Source of the DNA: Candidatus Poribacteria bacterium
Lineage (GTDB): Bacteria; Poribacteria; WGA-4E; WGA-3G
DNA length: 64,000 bases
Assembly: GCA_965198235.1 (NCBI GenBank)
Contig: OZ240248.1
Location: 3,840,001-3,904,000, forward strand
Reading direction: 5' to 3'
A model generated the notes under the pieces. That model was given only the letters and a program-made list of their open reading frames with translations. It had not been told where the DNA came from and did not search any database. Shown here in pieces: positions 59,097 through 64,000 of this stretch. The position numbers and the translations under genes were made by a program. How positions within the stretch are numbered: the first letter of the stretch is position 1; the number at the start of each line of letters is the position of its first letter.

Positions 59097-60260
59097 TTAC
59101 AGACGCAGCGTAAGTGCCAAGAGATGACGCGCTTCCGCTATGGTTAGGCGTGTCAACGGACGAACCAAGGTATACTCTGTAGATAGTGTGCCGAGTGCTA
59201 AGGCGATACCGGTACTAAAATGCGTGTGGGAGGTAGTATGCCGGAGCCCAATTCGGAGCCCAATGGCATAACCGCTTTTCCATGTTTTCTGAAATTCGCT
59301 GCCAACAGCAAAGCTCACTCCTCTTTGCCCAAAATCCCGCCAAAGATCCGCTGCGACTGTAATCCATTCCTGAGGTTCATAAGCGGCACCGATACCGACT
59401 CGGAAAGGCAGAGGTTCCACCAAGTCTGCACGCAGGAGATTTTCAAAGAGGACACCTACCAGCAGCGGTGGATTCGTCTGCTTTGTGTCAAACCATATCG
59501 GACGTTGAAACCCGATGTCCAGTTCTAATCGGTTGACTGTTCTCTCAAGCACCGGCTGTCGTTCGTGGACGATGTCCCGGACTCTATTCCCGAATTGCAA
59601 TTCTTCAACGATTGCCTCAATCAATTCTTCAGGTACATCTACATCTACTTCAGGTCCGTGGCGTGCTTCCAAATTTAAAGTCGAGATCGCCGTTCCTCGG
59701 TTTACAACTTGCCTCAACAGTCTAAGACGCAGACCTGCTGCTGATTTTCCGAGTTCGCGACTGAATCCTATGACCCAACTCCTTTCTTGGAGTAAGTTGT
59801 AGTCTGTGAACAGATCTGTTGTGGCGGAAAATTGACGCGAGTTTCGATTATACTCGGCACGTGTGCTTTCAAATGTGAAGTTCGCAAAATTTGTAAATCT
59901 TGCGGCATACCCAGCACTCGCCCCCCACTTACCAAACGCGTGCGAATAGTAGAGTGCTGGCGAAATGTCAATATTGGCTTCGGCGACAAATTGCACAGTT
60001 CCGTGTTTCGGTAGTTCTGCCCAATGGATATTTTCAGCCGCAGTGCCGAACACAAGGTTGTGGTGTTTTACATGCACAAGCGATGCTGGATTCCCAAATA
60101 TGCCTGCGTCTTCTGCATACGTCGCGATACGGGTGCCACCCATTCCAGCAATGCGGAGCATCTCATTCGCCATACTAAGTGGTGGTATCACAGCGGCTAA
60201 GATGCAAAGTGCTAAGAGAGTCGTAAAATGTCGGACGTTAAAAAACCTCAATAACGCCAT
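59097..60260 (-). CDS. Putative outer-membrane beta-barrel (PorV/FadL/TraF-like)
   Basis: Signal peptide; AGMGG......D..IFGNPASL hatch motif; amphipathic strands. Confidence 0.6.
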   Translation of the reverse strand: MALLRFFNVRHFTTLLALCILAAVIPPLSMANEMLRIAGMGGTRIATYAEDAGIFGNPASLVHVKHHNLVFGTAAENIHWAELPKHGTVQFVAEANIDISPALYYSHAFGKWGASAGYAARFTNFANFTFESTRAEYNRNSRQFSATTDLFTDYNLLQERSWVIGFSRELGKSAAGLRLRLLRQVVNRGTAISTLNLEARHGPEVDVDVPEELIEAIVEELQFGNRVRDIVHERQPVLERTVNRLELDIGFQRPIWFDTKQTNPPLLVGVLFENLLRADLVEPLPFRVGIGAAYEPQEWITVAADLWRDFGQRGVSFAVGSEFQKTWKSGYAIGLRIGLRHTTSHTHFSTGIALALGTLSTEYTLVRPLTRLTIAEARHLLALTLRL

Positions 60261-60324
60261 ATCGCTGTCCTATAAAAGACATTTGCATTCTCACTGCAAA
60301 GCAAACGTCCGCAGCAGCTCAGAT

Positions 60325-61260
60325 TTAATCGTTAAGAAATTGTGAATCCACACTCATCACCTCAGCGAAAATATCCTCTAACGTATGTTTCACCCCACGG
60401 AGCTGGCGAAGCTGGACACCTGTATCATAAGCGATTTTGAAGAAGAATGTTGTTTCCGTCTGTTCCCGACTTCCGGACGTAACCCGCAGGCGTTTATCGG
60501 GATGTAGTTCAACCTGAAAGTTATGGCGTTCCAAAGCGGTGATATAAGCCTCGCTGTCACCTACAATCTTCAGATCGAAAGATTGTCCCTTGTTCTTTTT
60601 GAGTGCTTGTATCTGTCCTTGGATAGCAACACTACCGTGTGATAGGGCAACAATCTCTTGACATGCGAACTCCACATCGGGGAGCAGATGCGAGGATAAG
60701 ATGACGTTGATGTTTTTGTCGGTTGCTATGTCTTTGACGAGTTCGAGCATCTCTTCTCTACCACTTGTATCCATCCCGTTTGTGGGTTCGTCGAGAAGTA
60801 GCAGCTTCGGATCGTGTACTAATGCCTGTGCTAACTTTACACGCTGTTTCATACCTGTGGAGTATCCGTCCACTGGTCGATATCGTTCTTCATCTAAGCC
60901 GACGTAATAGAGGACCTCGTGTGCGCGTTGCAACGCATCTCGCCTCGGCATTCCACAGAGTTCTCCGGCATAAGAGACGAGTTGGACAGCGTTCATACCC
61001 GGAATTAAACATTCATCTTCCGGCATGTACCCAACCTGCTTCCGAATTTCCATTGGGTTCGCCTGCACATCCAGCCCGAACACAGTGGCTGTGCCTTGAT
61101 TCGGTTTAAGGAACCCGAGTAGTGTTTTAATCAAAGTACTTTTCCCAGCTCCATTCGGTCCGAGTAAACCGACAGCCCCTCCTTGTACCTGCAGTGAGAG
61201 GTTGTCCAATGCAGTTATCGTGCCAAATAAAAGTGATACATTCTTTAATTCAATCAACAT
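60325..61260 (-). CDS. ABC ATP-binding protein (ABC-2/GldA-like)
   Basis: GPNGAGKST, YSTGMKQR, LDEPT, SSH. Confidence 0.93.
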   Translation of the reverse strand: MLIELKNVSLLFGTITALDNLSLQVQGGAVGLLGPNGAGKSTLIKTLLGFLKPNQGTATVFGLDVQANPMEIRKQVGYMPEDECLIPGMNAVQLVSYAGELCGMPRRDALQRAHEVLYYVGLDEERYRPVDGYSTGMKQRVKLAQALVHDPKLLLLDEPTNGMDTSGREEMLELVKDIATDKNINVILSSHLLPDVEFACQEIVALSHGSVAIQGQIQALKKNKGQSFDLKIVGDSEAYITALERHNFQVELHPDKRLRVTSGSREQTETTFFFKIAYDTGVQLRQLRGVKHTLEDIFAEVMSVDSQFLND

Positions 61261-61429
61261 TTTTTAATTATGGTAACTCGTTCTGGTCTTTCCGTTGTCA
61301 AGACCAGCGATTTTTGATGAGATTTGTACCTCTTCGCGAACGGGTACGTGATTTATTGAGTTAACGATAAGAACTTAACAGAGACCGTTTTCGGTTCTCA
61401 CTGCAAAGCAGAACGAAAACGAACGAGCG

Positions 61430-62515
61430 TTAATGGTTAAAATATCTTTTTACACGGGTGCCTATCTGCGTTAAGATTTCATAAGAAATAGTTCCAGCGC
61501 GCTGGGCAATTTCGTCAACCGTGATTTCCGCGTCCCCTTGTTTCCCTACCAGCACGACTTCATCACCAATGGCTACTTTATCAGCAGGTTCCAACTGCAC
61601 CACGCTCACGTCCATGCAAACCCTTCCGATTATCGGGCGGCACATCCCACCAATCAACACTTCACCGATACCGGAGAGTGAGCGAGGATAACCGTCACCG
61701 TAGCCTATCTGCACCATTGCCACGTGGGTTTGATAGAGGGCTTTGTATGTCAATCCGTAACTTACACCCTCCCCCCCTGAAATAGAGCCTGTCCAACCAA
61801 TACGCGCCTTCCATGTAAGAGCCGGTTGTAGTGGGATGGGTTTTTCAGTTCCGGGATAGATACCGTACAGACTCAAACCGGGACGGACTGCGTCGAAATG
61901 GGATTCAGGAACCGCCAGCGATGCTGCGCTGTTCGCCACATGAACCATTTTCCCGCTATTGTTCGCAAGTACAGACGAAAACCGCTTCAACTGAACAGAA
62001 ACAAAACTTTTATCAACCTCATCCGCAGTAGCAAGATGTGTGAAAAGCCCCTCGACTTCAAGTCGCTGCAGCGTCTTCAATCTACTCAGAAACTGAGGTG
62101 CTTCTGTATAGCACACACCACTCCGATTCATTCCGGTGTTGACATTGACGTGAACCTTTGTAGGTGCGGCCTCTGAAGCGACCTTATTCAATGTCGTTGC
62201 AAATTCCCAGTCCCCGATCGTTGGCGTTAGGCTGGATTCAACGATTTGTTCAACCTGCGTAGGTAAGCAACTAAAGAGAATCAGAATCGGTTTGCGAATC
62301 CCCGCTTGACGCAGCGCAATTCCTTCTTCAACCGTTGCGACTGCAAACATATCAGCGACTGGACGCAGCGTTTCTGCTACAGGCACCGCTCCATGTCCAT
62401 AAGCATCTGCTTTCACGACCGCAATCAACTGTTTACCCGTGTGTCTCTTTATTGCTTCAGCATTATGTTTGATTGCCAGCAGATCGATTTCTGTGTGTGT
62501 TCGGAAATAGGGCAT
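61430..62515 (-). CDS. alr: Alanine racemase
   Basis: AVVKADAYGHG, NTGMNRSG, RPGLSLYG, GYGDG, GRVCMD, TISYE. Confidence 0.97.
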   Translation of the reverse strand: MPYFRTHTEIDLLAIKHNAEAIKRHTGKQLIAVVKADAYGHGAVPVAETLRPVADMFAVATVEEGIALRQAGIRKPILILFSCLPTQVEQIVESSLTPTIGDWEFATTLNKVASEAAPTKVHVNVNTGMNRSGVCYTEAPQFLSRLKTLQRLEVEGLFTHLATADEVDKSFVSVQLKRFSSVLANNSGKMVHVANSAASLAVPESHFDAVRPGLSLYGIYPGTEKPIPLQPALTWKARIGWTGSISGGEGVSYGLTYKALYQTHVAMVQIGYGDGYPRSLSGIGEVLIGGMCRPIIGRVCMDVSVVQLEPADKVAIGDEVVLVGKQGDAEITVDEIAQRAGTISYEILTQIGTRVKRYFNH

Positions 62516-62719
62516 CTCGTTTTCTAACTTTTTAAACTATGGGCTCCTGGGCATCACTTCGCTTCGCGATGGTTTTCGGTTAATTCCGACGCGACTGGAG
62601 ATATGTACGATTCTTAAAATTCTGCTTCCGATACACATTCGTTTTTGCATAAGTTCTAAAAATTATACCACAACTTACACAAATTTACGAATGGTTTCAA
62701 ATCTTCGCTAATAGCCGTG

Positions 62720-63508
62720 CTATTGTGCCTCCTGTTTTTGGGAGGAGGTAGCATCCCCTTGGAACCACAAGAATAGCAGGATAAATACAATTGAGTTCGC
62801 CAACAGCATCGTTGAGATAGCGTTAATCTTCGGCGTAATCCCGAACTTCAGTAGCGAATAGATATGTACAGACAGCGTCGTGTAACCAACACCAGCGGTA
62901 AAGAAGGTGATAACAAAATCATCAATGGAGAGCGTAAATGCGAGCAAAGCGCCACCGATAATTCCCGGGGCAATGAGCGGAAGTGTTATCTGCCAAAATG
63001 TCTGCCATTCGTTCGCACCGAGGTCACGGGCTGCCTCTTCTAATGTGTTATCGTAACCTTGTAGGCGCGCCCGCACGACAATAGTAACATAAGCGATGTT
63101 GAAAACACCGTGTGCGATAATTACAGTGATTAAGCCGAGTGGAATACGCACTTGCACGTAAAAGGTCAACAATGCAATCGCCAACACGATGTCTGGAATA
63201 ATAATAGGGAGATAGAGCACTCGAACAAGAGCGGTTCGGAAGCGGAAGCGGTGTCGTTCTATAGCAAGTGCCGCCGCCGTACCGATAACGGTAGCGATAA
63301 CAGTTGCAACACCTGCCACCATCAAGCTATTTCGACAAGCGCGCCACAACGCTGCATCCTCAAACAGCCTCGCATACCAACCGAACGTAAAACCTTCCCA
63401 CACAGAGATATGCTCTCCGCTGTTGAATGAGAACACCACAACCGCTAAAATCGGCATATATAAAAAGAGGTAAACCAATCCTATGTTGGCTTCAAGAACC
63501 CGTTTCAT
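62720..63508 (-). CDS. potC: Spermidine/putrescine ABC permease, PotC-like
   Basis: FLYMPI, EEAARDLGA, FTLSIDDF. Confidence 0.88.
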   Translation of the reverse strand: MKRVLEANIGLVYLFLYMPILAVVVFSFNSGEHISVWEGFTFGWYARLFEDAALWRACRNSLMVAGVATVIATVIGTAAALAIERHRFRFRTALVRVLYLPIIIPDIVLAIALLTFYVQVRIPLGLITVIIAHGVFNIAYVTIVVRARLQGYDNTLEEAARDLGANEWQTFWQITLPLIAPGIIGGALLAFTLSIDDFVITFFTAGVGYTTLSVHIYSLLKFGITPKINAISTMLLANSIVFILLFLWFQGDATSSQKQEAQ

Positions 63509-63628
63509 ATTTTAATTTTGCCCTAACGGGAGTTGTCAGGTTGCCTTAGGCAGTGAACAATGCCTTCAAATATCCGCCTTCGCTTTCGGCTACAGGCTAT
63601 AGTCCTTGGTTAAGTTTTTTAGTTTGTC

Positions 63629-64000
63629 CTAACCGGGGCTGTCAGGTTGCCCTTCATTCTGTTGTAAAGAGCGAAAGTATAACACAGTTCCGACCAGAAC
63701 GATGCCCATCAGCATGAACGAGAGTGCAGAGCCAAAGGGCCAATCTCGCGATGTTTTGAATTGTCTCTCAATAACGTTCCCGATATAACTCACTTTTCCG
63801 CCGCCGAGAAGATCAGGCGTTAGAAATGCACCTACCGTCGGAATAAAAACCAGCATCGATCCAGCAAGGATACCGGGTAGGCTGAGCGGCACGGTTACGT
63901 GCCAAAACGCGCGCCTCGGCGATGCGCCTAAGTCTTGTGCGGCTTCTAACAACGACAAATCTAATTGCTCCAAAGCCGCATATAGTGGGAGTATCATAAA
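63629..64000 (-). CDS. potB: Spermidine/putrescine ABC permease, PotB-like (5' end outside window)
   Basis: MILPLY, EAAQDLGA, TPDLLGG, DWPFGSA. Confidence 0.88.
   Translation of the reverse strand, partial: FMILPLYAALEQLDLSLLEAAQDLGASPRRAFWHVTVPLSLPGILAGSMLVFIPTVGAFLTPDLLGGGKVSYIGNVIERQFKTSRDWPFGSALSFMLMGIVLVGTVLYFRSLQQNEGQPDSPG

Overview
About 50% GC bacterial chromosomal window with roughly 52 CDS and no rRNA, tRNA or CRISPR array detected. The likely source is Candidatus Poribacteria or a relative; this is an inference from C-terminal V(D/E)P..KL.T.W.D.K tails, PQQ beta-propellers, Gfo/Idh/MocA paralogs and dense intergenic repeats. Housekeeping genes: groEL (5' partial), disA, purC, dusB, dapF, dapA, alr, potB/potC-like. 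Main highlights: (1) a dispersed short repeat whose hairpin stem covaries around a conserved 13-nt loop (GRAAYGWARTGGA) and ends in TTAAAAA/TTAGAAAA; copies abut start codons, two lie in frame inside CDSs, one supplies a protein C-terminus and one is flanked by a 35-bp duplication; (2) an AhpD/CMD-type peroxidase split by an in-frame TGA in a CxxU motif with a SECIS-like hairpin, a probable selenoprotein; (3) a decayed type I R-M locus in which the HsdR N-terminus is fused in frame to an M48 protease C-terminus, next to a Y1/HUH transposase flanked by inverted REP doublets; (4) a chimeric HicB-like antitoxin paired with a RelE/ParE-like toxin; (5) several MITE and REP families. All calls come from reading motifs by eye; no database searches were run.
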